This document shows, one piece after another, positions 38,258 through 48,926 of a stretch of 64,000 bases of DNA (position 1 is its first letter; each line of letters begins with the position of its first letter). The stretch covers positions 6,498 through 70,497 of the forward strand of contig DATKNL010000012.1 of assembly GCA_035541435.1 (NCBI GenBank), given 5' to 3'. Source of the DNA: Minisyncoccota bacterium (GTDB taxonomy: Bacteria; Patescibacteriota; Minisyncoccia; UBA6257; 2-01-FULL-56-20). The notes below the pieces were generated by a model. The model worked only from the letters and a program-made list of their open reading frames with translations. It had not been told where the DNA came from and did not search any database. The translations under genes and the position numbers were made by a program.

Positions 38258-38688
38258 CAGATCCCAAGTTCACCCAGCTGTTCCGCGATCGCTTCGGAGG
38301 AGCTTTCGGTCTTCGCCTTGTAGCTCTTCCACGCGGCCTCGTCCCAGATCTCGATGCGGTTGAAGAGTCCCGCGACGGTCACCTGCTTCTTGAGGCCGGC
38401 ATATTTGCGCAGATAGTCGGGAATTAGGATCCTTCCCTGGCTGTCGAGGGCGACGTCGGTCGCGCCCGCGAGCATCAGCCGCACGAATGCCCGTGAATTC
38501 GCCTGGGCGAGCGGAAGGGCGATAAGCTTCTTGGCAAGCTCCTCCCACTCGGCGTTCGCGAACATGAACAGGCAGTTGTCGATTCCGCGCGTGATGATGG
38601 CGCCGGCCGCAACTTTTTCGCGGAATTTTGCCGGAACCGCCATCCGACCTTTGGTGTCCAGATTGTGTTGGTATTCGCCGAGTAGCAT
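38257..38688 (-). CDS. mraZ: Transcriptional regulator MraZ
   Basis: MLLGEYQHNLDTKGRMAVPAKFRE plus a second DxxGR repeat. Start is at 38688; the track's 38733 is an extension. Confidence 0.85.
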   Translation of the reverse strand: MLLGEYQHNLDTKGRMAVPAKFREKVAAGAIITRGIDNCLFMFANAEWEELAKKLIALPLAQANSRAFVRLMLAGATDVALDSQGRILIPDYLRKYAGLKKQVTVAGLFNRIEIWDEAAWKSYKAKTESSSEAIAEQLGELGI

Positions 38689-38715
38689 GTTAGTTCTGCA
38701 CAGAAAGGGGCCTTT

Positions 38716-38744
38716 ATCCCCAGAATTATCCACAACTCCCCACT
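38716..38744 (-). promoter_or_regulatory. Putative MraZ operator: three direct GTGGNNA repeats at 10-bp spacing
   Basis: The minus-strand read is GTGGGGAGTTGTGGATAATTCTGGGGA, just upstream of mraZ. Confidence 0.45.
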
Positions 38745-38906
38745 TCTCTACTACTATATACCACTACGCTCGCCCGTCAAAATACGTTACGGCGCCGCCA
38801 ATTTTTGAACGAAAAAGGCCGTTTTTCGGCCGTTTTTTTAAACTCCCCTCTATTGATATGCACAGCATATGCAATTCAAGCATTCCCCACCGCCCCAAAA
38901 GCCGAA

Positions 38907-39668
38907 ATGCTAGCATTGATGCATCCCCGCATGAGCAGAAAGCTGATCAAATTCTTTCTCATCCTCCTCGCGATCCAGACGCTGATCGCCCTCGTTCTTT
39001 TCCTCTTCTTAACCCCGTACGGCACAGCCGCGCACGGCATCATCGGCATGGGCCTCGGCCTCATCCTGTTCTGGAACGTCATCGGCGGCTACATCCAGTG
39101 GAAGATCCGCGACCGCGTGAAGGCCGCGTGGCAGGCGGTGCGCCTCGACTGGCGGCTCAAGTTCGGCATCCTCGCCACCATCATGGCACTCCTCGAGGAA
39201 ATGGTGACCGTCACGATGACGAACCTCTCCTTCCTCTTCGGCACGACGCCCGCCGTCGCGCATATCACCGTCTCGACGAACTATCTCGACGTCGTCCTCA
39301 CGAACAGCGTGGTCCTCTTCGTGCCGATGTTCTTCATCTGGGCGCTCATCCTCTCGCGCTATGACTTCAGCCCGAACGCCGTCCTGCTCCTCTGGGGCAC
39401 GACGGGAACCCTCATGGAGGCGGGCTATGGCGGCGCGAACCAGGTCATCGGCATCGGAATGTGGATGTTCGTCTATGGCCTCATGATCTACCTTCCCGCC
39501 TATTCGATGCCGTCCGCCGCCGAACGCGGCGCGCTCAGGCAGCCGCGCTGGTGGCATTACGTGCTGTCCGTCTTCGTTCCGCCCATCGTCGGCATCGTGC
39601 CGGGCGGCCTCCTCGGAACGTTTTTCAAATTCATCAGGCCGCCGCATTACCTGCCGGGGGTGAAATAA
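38907..39668 (+). CDS. Polytopic membrane protein of unknown function
   Basis: About 7 TM helices. The start is uncertain (ATG at 38907/38919/38931); the track ORF begins at a TTG at 38805. Confidence 0.5.
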   Translation: MLALMHPRMSRKLIKFFLILLAIQTLIALVLFLFLTPYGTAAHGIIGMGLGLILFWNVIGGYIQWKIRDRVKAAWQAVRLDWRLKFGILATIMALLEEMVTVTMTNLSFLFGTTPAVAHITVSTNYLDVVLTNSVVLFVPMFFIWALILSRYDFSPNAVLLLWGTTGTLMEAGYGGANQVIGIGMWMFVYGLMIYLPAYSMPSAAERGALRQPRWWHYVLSVFVPPIVGIVPGGLLGTFFKFIRPPHYLPGVK

Positions 39669-39815
39669 CGTGGAGGCTTGAACTTCTCGAGTTCGAAGTC
39701 CGCGCTCAACGATTCAAAAAACAATCGTGCTTTTATATTGCGAGGTCCGAGTTTGGATGTGTATAAACTCCTTTTTTTCGACAACGAGTCCGCCATCCTG
39801 TTCCGATATTATCGG

Positions 39816-42569
39816 TTAATTTATATAAGCCTCGTAGAGCACAAACAAAAACTCCAATCGTTCCGCCTCGGAAGCAAACCCCCGCGGCGCGCCATATGCG
39901 GCATCGACCGCTTTGTCGAGACGTTCATGGGCTTCGAGAAGCTGGGACGGCATGACATTGGGATCATAAAGATCAGCCAGCGTTCCCCTGCATTCCTTCC
40001 GCACGTCAAGAAGATTATTTGACGCATCTTCTATGGCATGACGATGTTCCGTGCTAATGCTTTGAGGCCACGGGTAATTATTATAGACCAGTTCATTTGA
40101 ATAACGATATCGAGATTCTAGCCGACCACACACCGCCCTCATCCATGTCATATGCATGAGAGATTGCAAAACTCCGAAGTGATACGGCGTAACATTTGGA
40201 ACGACAATACACGTATCCCCCACGATATATTCTGGCCCAAATAACGAAAGTGGAACGTATTTCCTTCGCTCCGAGCTCACCCTCGGAATGAGAACATATT
40301 CCGTGTCCGGCTGACGGTCTTCTCCGAAAAGGTATGGTTTTCTCGCAAGCCGGCGGGTCGCCTCGCGCTTAGACTGGTCACGATACGTCCGCACCGATTC
40401 GACGCGTTGCATGACGTGCGGCATGGCACGCAACTCCTGCGGGGTGGCGTTTTTTAACCAAAGACAATACCGCGTAGATCCGTTAAGGTATTCCTTGGCG
40501 GACAGCAGTGGTCGAATGAACCTTTCAGCGGCTGGCTCTTCGATTAAAAGACTTTCCTTCTCGGCGTTGTCGTCAAAGAGCAAAAATCCACCATCGTTCG
40601 GCATGCTACCGAATCGCGCTTCGGGGACTTCAGCGATCGGCTTCCTGCGCGGCAATACGACGAGATTGTCGGCATCGACTAAATATGGGTTAATATTCTG
40701 TGCCTGAACAAGATGAGGACTGCCACCGGGATCATCGTAGTCCCATAGTTTCGGCTTCTCCGACCGTTCAAGAGAGAAGCCGATAATGACACAGTGAACA
40801 CCGGCCCGTCCCGGAGCTTCATTCGACCAGCGAAAGGTGCGATGTGCGAAGTTGATGTTGATGCCCTTCCCCAACAACAGCGGCCACAAAATGGCAGCTT
40901 GCTCCCCTTGCGTAATGGAGTTTGTGGAGACAAAAGCAGAACTGATCTTTGTTCCTTGAATGAAGTCGGCCGCTTTGGCATACCACGCCGTTACATAATC
41001 CAGTTCCCCCGCACCGCGGAGATCGCCGAAGATGTTTTGCATTTCGGTTTTCTGCTCGGGGCTTTGATCTTGCTTCGCGATGAACGGAGGGTTCCCAAGG
41101 ATATAGGTGAACGAAGCGCCTTCCGGTGCGAGACGGCTCCAGTCCGTATTCAAGGCATCGCCATGAAAAATGAACGGCTGTTCCTTCAGCGGGAGTTTAG
41201 CAAAATATTCCCCGAACAGATTTCCGAGAATGACGTTCATCTGATGATCGATGAGCCAGAGCGATAGACGAGCGATCTCCGCAGGAAAGGCGAGAATCTC
41301 TATTCCGGAAAGATGTTCAAGTGTCAATTTGGAGATGCTCGAAACATCGATCTTCAAGTTAAGGGGCGTCTGTCCCGATTTGAGTTCTTCTCTATAGAGC
41401 CTTTTAATGATCTCCAATTCAATGAGGCGCAATTCGCGGTACGCAACGACGAGAAAGTTTCCGCATCCGCAGGCAGGATCGAGAAGACGCATTGAGACGA
41501 TCCTGTTCCACAACGCGTTGAGCTTCGATTGATTCTCCCCCGCTTTCTCCAACTCATCTCTTACGTCATCCAAAAACAGTCCATCGATAACTTTCAAAAT
41601 GTTTTTCTCCGACGTATAGTGCGCTCCAAAATCGTGTCTGATATCCTCGTCCTCCACGTCCATGACGAATTGAAACATTGAACCGAAAATCGCGGGCGAG
41701 ACCGAACCCCAGTCGAAACGCGCGGCATTGAGGATTTCCTGCCGCATTTCCTTATTGAAGAACGGAAGCGAGAGCGGGTCTTTGAAGAGCGTCCCATTCA
41801 CATAGGGAAAATCCTTCAGGTCGTCAGACAACGCCTGTTGCCGACGATCCTCCGGCGTGTTCAATACCTGGAAAATAGCCTGCAGATGCCCTCCCAAATC
41901 CTCGCCGTTCTCCTTAGTAAGATAAGCGACGTAATCATGAAAGATGTCGCGTTTCGGGAAAATGCCCGCATCGTCGGCGAAGTAAAGAAAGACGAGGCGA
42001 ACCATGAGTCGCGCGAGCTGTTCTTTTGGATAGTTCCCTTGATAAAGAGCTCGGTAGAGCTGGACCACCACGCGCACCGCTTTTTTGTTGACGGGGTTTT
42101 CCTCCTCGTAATGACGCACTTCATATCCGGCGATGAAGCCGAAGAGGCGGATGTGCGCCGGAAGCTCGGTGAGGCGGAACGTGTGTTCTTCCGCTTTCCC
42201 GTTCTTCCCTTCGAGGTCGTATAATCGCAGATGCTCGAAGTCGGTAACAACAATAAAGCGAGGGCGATTTTCCTCGGCAAGGCTCAAAAAATAATCATTT
42301 GCCTGTAATGTGGCGCTATCGAGACTCTCCCCGCGGGATTTGTGTTCCACCAGAAGCACGCCCGGCCAAAAGAGGTCTATGAAGCCAGTGTTGCCGTTGA
42401 TCTTTTGAATCGCCCGTTGGAATCCTGCGACGGAACGCCGCCTGACTCCGAAGATATCAAAAAAGTCGGTCCAAAAATCTGCATAATCTTGGATCTCGCC
42501 GGTAGATTCCTTGTACTCCTTCGCAAAAGCAGTTGCCCGAGATCGAATCTCGTTCCAACTCAAGGTCAT
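39816..42569 (-). CDS. Type IIL (MmeI-like) restriction-modification enzyme: endonuclease + gamma-class N6-adenine methyltransferase + TRD in one chain
   Basis: 917 aa from MTLSWNEIRSRATAFAKEYK (MmeI-type N-terminus), LDPACGCGNFLV (SAM motif I), GNPPF (motif IV). The track's N-terminal extension is a read-through of tRNA-Val. GC is ~50% against ~65% background. Confidence 0.8.
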   Translation of the reverse strand: MTLSWNEIRSRATAFAKEYKESTGEIQDYADFWTDFFDIFGVRRRSVAGFQRAIQKINGNTGFIDLFWPGVLLVEHKSRGESLDSATLQANDYFLSLAEENRPRFIVVTDFEHLRLYDLEGKNGKAEEHTFRLTELPAHIRLFGFIAGYEVRHYEEENPVNKKAVRVVVQLYRALYQGNYPKEQLARLMVRLVFLYFADDAGIFPKRDIFHDYVAYLTKENGEDLGGHLQAIFQVLNTPEDRRQQALSDDLKDFPYVNGTLFKDPLSLPFFNKEMRQEILNAARFDWGSVSPAIFGSMFQFVMDVEDEDIRHDFGAHYTSEKNILKVIDGLFLDDVRDELEKAGENQSKLNALWNRIVSMRLLDPACGCGNFLVVAYRELRLIELEIIKRLYREELKSGQTPLNLKIDVSSISKLTLEHLSGIEILAFPAEIARLSLWLIDHQMNVILGNLFGEYFAKLPLKEQPFIFHGDALNTDWSRLAPEGASFTYILGNPPFIAKQDQSPEQKTEMQNIFGDLRGAGELDYVTAWYAKAADFIQGTKISSAFVSTNSITQGEQAAILWPLLLGKGININFAHRTFRWSNEAPGRAGVHCVIIGFSLERSEKPKLWDYDDPGGSPHLVQAQNINPYLVDADNLVVLPRRKPIAEVPEARFGSMPNDGGFLLFDDNAEKESLLIEEPAAERFIRPLLSAKEYLNGSTRYCLWLKNATPQELRAMPHVMQRVESVRTYRDQSKREATRRLARKPYLFGEDRQPDTEYVLIPRVSSERRKYVPLSLFGPEYIVGDTCIVVPNVTPYHFGVLQSLMHMTWMRAVCGRLESRYRYSNELVYNNYPWPQSISTEHRHAIEDASNNLLDVRKECRGTLADLYDPNVMPSQLLEAHERLDKAVDAAYGAPRGFASEAERLEFLFVLYEAYIN

Positions 42570-42613
42570 ATCGTCAATGCTACCTCCGGACTGTGGAAAT
42601 TGCCATCTACGTG

Positions 42614-42686
42614 TGGGCGTTGCAGGGATCGGACCTGCGACCTCTCCGATGTGAACGGAGCGCTCTAACCACTGAGCTAAACGCCC
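42614..42686 (-). tRNA. tRNA-Val (anticodon CAC)
   Basis: GGGCGTT-TA-GCTCAGTGGTTAGAGC-G-CTCCG-TTCACAT-CGGAG-AGGTC-GCAGGTCCGATCCCTGC-AACGCCC-A. Confidence 0.8.
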
Positions 42687-42853
42687 TTCCGAACGATTGT
42701 AGCGAAAAAAGCCGCGAAGCGCAAAAAAATCCCGGCATAGGATGGTTTGAGGGGAACCTCGGAGGCACGCAGGTGCCGAGAGCTTAGGTGCGCGGCCAGC
42801 GGGCCGTGACACCGTCCCCGAAAACCATCCTTGCACGGGATTTTTGCTTTGCG

Positions 42854-43225
42854 CTACTGAATCTCCACCTGCGCGCCAGCCTCTTCGAGCTTCTTCTTGA
42901 TCTCGTCGGCTTCCTCCTTCTTCACGTTCTCCTTCACGGTCTTCGGAGCGCCGTCCACGAGGTCCTTCGCTTCCTTGAGGCCCAGGGTCGTCACTTCGCG
43001 GACAACCTTGATGACGTTCAGCTTGCTCGCACCGGCCGACTTGAGGACCACGTTGAAGCTGGTCTTCTCTTCGGCGGCTGCGGCGGCTCCCCCACCGACC
43101 GCGACGGGCGCGGCGGCCGAGATGCCGAATTTCTCTTCAAGCTTGTGCACGAGGTCGGCGAGCTCGACGACGGTGAGCGTCTCGACTTCGGCGATGATGT
43201 TTTCCAACTTGGATGCGTTTGCCAT
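42854..43225 (-). CDS. rplL: 50S ribosomal protein L7/L12
   Basis: [34 protein letters not shown]...[13 protein letters not shown]. Confidence 0.95.
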   Translation of the reverse strand: MANASKLENIIAEVETLTVVELADLVHKLEEKFGISAAAPVAVGGGAAAAAEEKTSFNVVLKSAGASKLNVIKVVREVTTLGLKEAKDLVDGAPKTVKENVKKEEADEIKKKLEEAGAQVEIQ

Positions 43226-43258
43226 TGTAGTGGTATATCGTTTGCGACCTTTCGATAA

Positions 43259-43780
43259 TTATTTCGCTGCCTTCGACTTCTGATCGAGCAGATACATGAA
43301 TGACTTGAGCGGGGCGGACAGCATGCCGAGCAGCTGTGCGAGGAGCACTTCGCGCGGCGGGAGCTGACCGATCGCAAGCACCTGTGCGGCGTCCATCGGG
43401 ACGTTGCCCACGACGTCATAGCCGCCAAGGAGCTTCTTCACCCACATCTGCTTGTCGCCGCCCTCGGGAACCTCGAGCGACTTGAAGAAGCGGTAGGCCG
43501 GCCCGGCGACCGTATCGCTCGTCCCCTCGCTGAAGATGGTTCCGACCGAGACCTTGAACTGCTTGAGGTCCGTATCGATCCCGCGCTCCTTGAGCAGCAG
43601 GCCGAGCAGGCGCTTCTTGATCACAAGGAACTTCGCGCCGCTCTTTTTCAGCTCGATGCGCAGCTTGCGGACGTCCTCGGCGGTGATCTTCGTGAAATCG
43701 GCGAAAATGAGCGCCTGGCTATTGTCAAGCAACGTTTTAGCTTTTTTTAATTCTTCTGCCTTCTGGGCTTTGGTCTTCAT
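43259..43780 (-). CDS. rplJ: 50S ribosomal protein L10
   Basis: MKTKAQKAEELKKAKTLLDNSQALIFADFTKITAEDVRKLR... Confidence 0.9.
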   Translation of the reverse strand: MKTKAQKAEELKKAKTLLDNSQALIFADFTKITAEDVRKLRIELKKSGAKFLVIKKRLLGLLLKERGIDTDLKQFKVSVGTIFSEGTSDTVAGPAYRFFKSLEVPEGGDKQMWVKKLLGGYDVVGNVPMDAAQVLAIGQLPPREVLLAQLLGMLSAPLKSFMYLLDQKSKAAK

Positions 43781-43949
43781 TAGGTTAAATAAAAAACGGC
43801 CTTTGCTTCAAAGCCGCTCCGCGAAGTCCAGCCTCGTTCCCCAAGGGAAAACCGCTGGTCACTCCTCTCGGCCGGGATTTATGGGCCTTTGGCGGCCCGA
43901 CCCATGCGTCATTGAAGATGACATCAGTATAGCGATGCGCCGAAAAATG

Positions 43950-44858
43950 TCAACCGAGGGCGAACCGCACGTAGATGCCCGACGGGACCACCCGGTCGCC
44001 GGACGATTCCCCGATGCCGAGCTCGCCGAATTCGCCGTGCGGCCTGAACGTCCCGCAGTCCCATCCTTCGACGGCCTGCATGAGCGATCGGGGCGAATAG
44101 CCGGCCGCGTAGCCGTTCACGAGCAAGAACGAGCCGCGCTCCTGTCTGGAAATCTTCTGCAGCGCATCGATCAGGGCCGGAAGATGCTCCTCGATCCTCC
44201 AGACCTCCCCTTTCGCGCCGCGCCCGAAGGCCGGCGGGTCGAGGATGATGCCGTCATAGCGCGCTCCGCGGCGCGCCTCGCGCAGCACGAACCGCAGCGC
44301 GTCGTCGAGGATGTAGCGGATGCCGCCTTCGGGAATGCCTGAGAGGGCCGCGTTGTCCTTCGCCCAGGCGTTGCTCTGCTTCGATGCGTCGACATGCGTC
44401 ACGAACGCGCCCGCGCGGGCTGCGGCGATGCTCGCGATCCCCGTGTAGCCGAACAGGTTGAGCACCTGCGGACGTTCGCCCGCCGGCGCCGCCTTCGCAA
44501 GCGCCCCGACGCGGTCGCCGATCCATTCCCAATTCGCCGCCTGCTCGGGGAAGACGCCCACATGCTTGAACGACGTGAGCCTGACGGTGAAGCGGACGTC
44601 GCGCCAGACGATCTGCCACGCCTCGGGAACGCCCTTCCCACGCCACGATCCCTTGCCGCCCTCGAACCGGAACTCGGCCGCGGCGCGCTTCCATGCGTCG
44701 GGTTTAAGCGGATGCCACAAGGCCTGCGTCTCTGGACGGATCACCGTGTGCTTACCGTACCGCTCAAGCCTGCGGTTCGCTCCGGAATCGATGAGCTCAT
44801 AGTCGTCCCACGGCGCGGCCGTGAGATCCTTTTCTTCAAGATGCATCGGCGCGCTCAT
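43950..44858 (-). CDS. Class I SAM-dependent RNA methyltransferase (RlmI/RlmK-like catalytic domain)
   Basis: VLNLFGYTGIASIAAARAG...ILDPPAFG. The ATG at 44858 overlaps the rlmB-like stop (ATGA coupling). Confidence 0.65.
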   Translation of the reverse strand: MSAPMHLEEKDLTAAPWDDYELIDSGANRRLERYGKHTVIRPETQALWHPLKPDAWKRAAAEFRFEGGKGSWRGKGVPEAWQIVWRDVRFTVRLTSFKHVGVFPEQAANWEWIGDRVGALAKAAPAGERPQVLNLFGYTGIASIAAARAGAFVTHVDASKQSNAWAKDNAALSGIPEGGIRYILDDALRFVLREARRGARYDGIILDPPAFGRGAKGEVWRIEEHLPALIDALQKISRQERGSFLLVNGYAAGYSPRSLMQAVEGWDCGTFRPHGEFGELGIGESSGDRVVPSGIYVRFALG

Positions 44859-45667
44859 TGGATTGCGGACGGGTGCTTCAGGCTCCACGCATAGAGGACG
44901 ACGGCAGCCGATACCGACGCGTTGAGGGACTCGGTCCGTTCGTGCATCGGGATGCGCAGCCCGACGTCGCAGCGCTCGAATGTCTTCTCGCGGATGCCCG
45001 CCCCTTCGTTGCCAACGATGAAGAGCGCCGGCGCGTCGAACGGCTCGTCGGCCACGCTCCGCTCGCCGTCCATCGCGAGCCCATAGGTGCGGAACGCCTC
45101 CTTCTTCAGAAGATCGACGGTGTAGTTGACGTTGCCGATCTGGACGAGCGGCACGCGGAAGGCCATGCCCGCCGACGCCTTCACGACCGCGCCGGTGATC
45201 GGCGCCTGGTTGTGCGAGGGCATGAGCACGCCCGCCGCGCCGAAGGCGGCGGCCGAGCGGATGATCGCGCCCACGTTGTGCGGATCGGTGAGCTCGTCGA
45301 GCAGCACGAGCATCGTGTTCTCGCTCACGGCCTTCGCCTGCAGTCCCTCGAAGAAGGTCCTGAAGTCGGTGACGAGCGCGCCGGGGTCGACGACCGCGAT
45401 CACGCCCTGATGCGCCGTCTCGTCGCCCACCATGCGGTCCGCCTCGCGTCCCTTCATCATCTCGACCGTCACGCCGCGCTTCTCCACGAGTGCGAGCAGC
45501 TGCTCGTCGTCGACCGCGGGCGACAGGAAGACCTTGCGCACGGCGTGCGGCGCGTGCGACAAGGCTTCGGCGAGCGCGTGCCTGCCATAGACATAGACCT
45601 TGTCGCGGCCGGCCCGATCAGGCCGCCGATGGCCGCCCCGGCCTCGGCCGTTCCGTTCGTTTCTCAT
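44855..45667 (-). CDS. SpoU/TrmH-family RNA 2'-O-methyltransferase (RlmB-like)
   Basis: Substrate-binding domain plus the SPOUT knot motifs (LDELTDPHNVGAIIRSAAAFG, LFIVGNEGAGI). Confidence 0.8.
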   Translation of the reverse strand: MRNERNGRGRGGHRRPDRAGRDKVYVYGRHALAEALSHAPHAVRKVFLSPAVDDEQLLALVEKRGVTVEMMKGREADRMVGDETAHQGVIAVVDPGALVTDFRTFFEGLQAKAVSENTMLVLLDELTDPHNVGAIIRSAAAFGAAGVLMPSHNQAPITGAVVKASAGMAFRVPLVQIGNVNYTVDLLKKEAFRTYGLAMDGERSVADEPFDAPALFIVGNEGAGIREKTFERCDVGLRIPMHERTESLNASVSAAVVLYAWSLKHPSAIQ

Positions 45668-45735
45668 GGATTCACTCTACGTGATATCGTTCTTTGTTTG
45701 CAACCTTCCGCCGTGAAGCGCGCGGGCCGCGGCGC

Positions 45736-47277
45736 CTAATACTTCCCTCCCGCGGCGCGGTACTGGTCTTTCGCCCACTCATAATATTGCTGCAGTTCGG
45801 CAAGCGATCCCTCGCTCGGATTCGTCACCGCCTTCGTCACCGCCTTCCAGACCTCCCAGCTCTTGATGCCCGGACCGACGTCGAGCGACGACTTCGCGAG
45901 GTCGGCTTCGTCGAACAGCCCGAACTTCTGGCTCATGCCGAGCTGCCATTCGAAATTGTTGACGAGCGACCAGAGGAGCATCCCCTTCACCGGCACGCCG
46001 GCCTTCTTCGCTTCGAGGATGTAGCGCACGGTCTCGAGGATCCAGTACGGCCGGCGCAGGTCGGCGGCGTCCGAGAAGCCGAACTCGGTGACGAAGATCT
46101 GCTTCGTCGGATACTGCTCGTGCATGTCCTTCAGCATCTCATAGATGCCCGGCGGATAGACGTCGCCGAACGTCGGCTGGTCGCCGTAATCGCGCGCGCG
46201 GCGCTCATGCGGCAGGAGCGGCAGCGTCATGCGGAAGTAATACTGCAGGCCGAGGAAGTCCGAGTGGCTGCCGTCGCGCTCGAACCGCGACGTCACGTAC
46301 CGGTCGCCCTTGTGCGCGGCATAGATGCCGAGGAAGCGGTCGAAATAGTTCCAGTTGTAGCCGACGCCCACCTGCGGCTCGTCCTGCTGCCGCCGCAGGC
46401 CGTGCTTCACCTCGCCATAGGCGATGTCGTGCGCCTCGACCATATGTCCCAAAACTTTTTTCAGATCGAAATAGCGGCCGGCGGGGTTCGCTGCGGTCTT
46501 GTAAGGAAGGAATGCGCCCCACAGGTATCCGTTCTGCAGCGTCGTCATCGGCTCGTTGATCGACATGAAATAGTTAGCGAGGCCCTCCGATAAAAAGCGG
46601 TCCTGCGAGCGGCGGTCGAGCTGCGCGTTCGCGAGGACGCCGCGGACCTTGTCATCGTTTGCCAGGAACCGCACGACGTTGTCGACATAGAAGCGGAAGT
46701 GCCGCGAGACATCGGGGTGCTCCCATCCTCCCGCGGTGATGTCGCCCTGCGCGTCGGTCTCGACGAGATACTTCGGCATGGTGAAGTGATGGAGCGTGAG
46801 GAACGGCGTGCCGCCGCGCGCCTTCACGAGCGCGAGCGCCTCGACGTACTTCGCCATCATCGCCTCGTCGAAGACGCCCTCGGCGGGACAGAGGCGCGCG
46901 AAGTCGAGCGAGAGGCGGTACATGTTCTCGCCCACTGCGCGCGACCGCGCGACGTATTCGCTCTTTTTGTCGAAGAAGCGGGGCAGGTCGCGCAGGTCCG
47001 CATCGGGGATGCCGGTGCGGCCGCCTTCCTGCTTGCGCACGATCTCATATTCCCAATCCGAAAAAACCTTCGGCTTGCCGTGTTCATCCTCGATGAGCGG
47101 CTCGGCCTGGAAGTCGGATGTCGAGCTGCCGATATAGTCGATCGTCCGGTCGCCGGACTTCGACCGGAGCGTGCGAAGGACCCAGTCCGCCGTGAATTCG
47201 TGCGGCTGCTCAGGCGCCTCGCGCCGGTTCCCCTCGGGACCTTCGGCGCCCGAAAACCGCTCGGGGGTAAACCTCAT
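45736..47277 (-). CDS. Glycoside hydrolase family 1 (beta-glucosidase-like)
   Basis: YRLSLDFARL, INEP (acid/base), VTEFG (nucleophile) motifs. Confidence 0.7.
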   Translation of the reverse strand: MRFTPERFSGAEGPEGNRREAPEQPHEFTADWVLRTLRSKSGDRTIDYIGSSTSDFQAEPLIEDEHGKPKVFSDWEYEIVRKQEGGRTGIPDADLRDLPRFFDKKSEYVARSRAVGENMYRLSLDFARLCPAEGVFDEAMMAKYVEALALVKARGGTPFLTLHHFTMPKYLVETDAQGDITAGGWEHPDVSRHFRFYVDNVVRFLANDDKVRGVLANAQLDRRSQDRFLSEGLANYFMSINEPMTTLQNGYLWGAFLPYKTAANPAGRYFDLKKVLGHMVEAHDIAYGEVKHGLRRQQDEPQVGVGYNWNYFDRFLGIYAAHKGDRYVTSRFERDGSHSDFLGLQYYFRMTLPLLPHERRARDYGDQPTFGDVYPPGIYEMLKDMHEQYPTKQIFVTEFGFSDAADLRRPYWILETVRYILEAKKAGVPVKGMLLWSLVNNFEWQLGMSQKFGLFDEADLAKSSLDVGPGIKSWEVWKAVTKAVTNPSEGSLAELQQYYEWAKDQYRAAGGKY

Positions 47278-47315
47278 CCCTTCATTATATAGTGGGTTCC
47301 GGCCGGGGCGGCCGG

Positions 47316-48284
<969 letters not shown>

Positions 48285-48292
48285 GCCGTTCG

Positions 48293-48910
48293 TCAGGGGC
48301 GGCGGATCACCTTGAAGGCGATGTTCCGTCCCTGGTTCTGCATGAGGGCGAGGTTGATCCATGCCATCGCGAACTCCTCGAGGAGGGCGACCTTGTCGTC
48401 GCCGCCGAAGTCATAGACGTTCTCGAAGCCGATCTCCTTGGCGAGCGTCGTCGCGACCATCTTCCCCTTTTCGCTCGCGCCCGCGACGAACATGTCGATC
48501 CTCGTCTCGCCGAAGCGCGGGTTCATCATGTTCTCGGCCCCGGTCGAGTTGAAGCATTTCACGACGTCGGGCGACTTCGTGATGTCCTTGAGCGCCGCGA
48601 AGCCGTCGGGGTATCCCTCGGGCTTCTTCATGACGGCGTTCGTCGTGTCGATGATCACCTTGCCCGAGACGTCGCCCAGGCTGCGCGCCGCGTCGGGCAC
48701 GGCATCGGCCGGAACGGCGATGATCACGACGGTCGATTCGGCGACGGCCTCGGCGACCGGATGCGCCGTGATCACCGTCCCGTCCACCGTGTCGGTGTTC
48801 TTGAAATTGTTCGTGTCGCGCACGCCGAAGAAGATGCGGTGGCCGGCGCGCTTCAAGCCGTGCGCGAGCGCGCTCCCGACGTTGCCCGTCCCGATGATGG
48901 CGATGTTCAT
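48293..48910 (-). CDS. NADPH-dependent F420 reductase-like / NAD(P)-binding oxidoreductase
   Basis: MNIAIIGTGNVGSALAHGL Rossmann motif. Confidence 0.65.
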   Translation of the reverse strand: MNIAIIGTGNVGSALAHGLKRAGHRIFFGVRDTNNFKNTDTVDGTVITAHPVAEAVAESTVVIIAVPADAVPDAARSLGDVSGKVIIDTTNAVMKKPEGYPDGFAALKDITKSPDVVKCFNSTGAENMMNPRFGETRIDMFVAGASEKGKMVATTLAKEIGFENVYDFGGDDKVALLEEFAMAWINLALMQNQGRNIAFKVIRRP

Positions 48911-48926
48911 GGTTGTTTTTTTGGGA

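Noticed and set aside
39677-39703. Imperfect XhoI-centred palindrome considered as attachment-site remnant or terminator
   Set aside because: It has no T-run and only weak similarity to the tRNA-Val T-arm. It cannot be distinguished from chance.
39816-42836. 1006-aa form of the RM protein from the ORF track
   Set aside because: The N-terminal 89 codons read through tRNA-Val (AQWLERSVHIGEVAGPIPATPTR). The true start is the MmeI-like MTLSWNEIR at 42569, with an SD.
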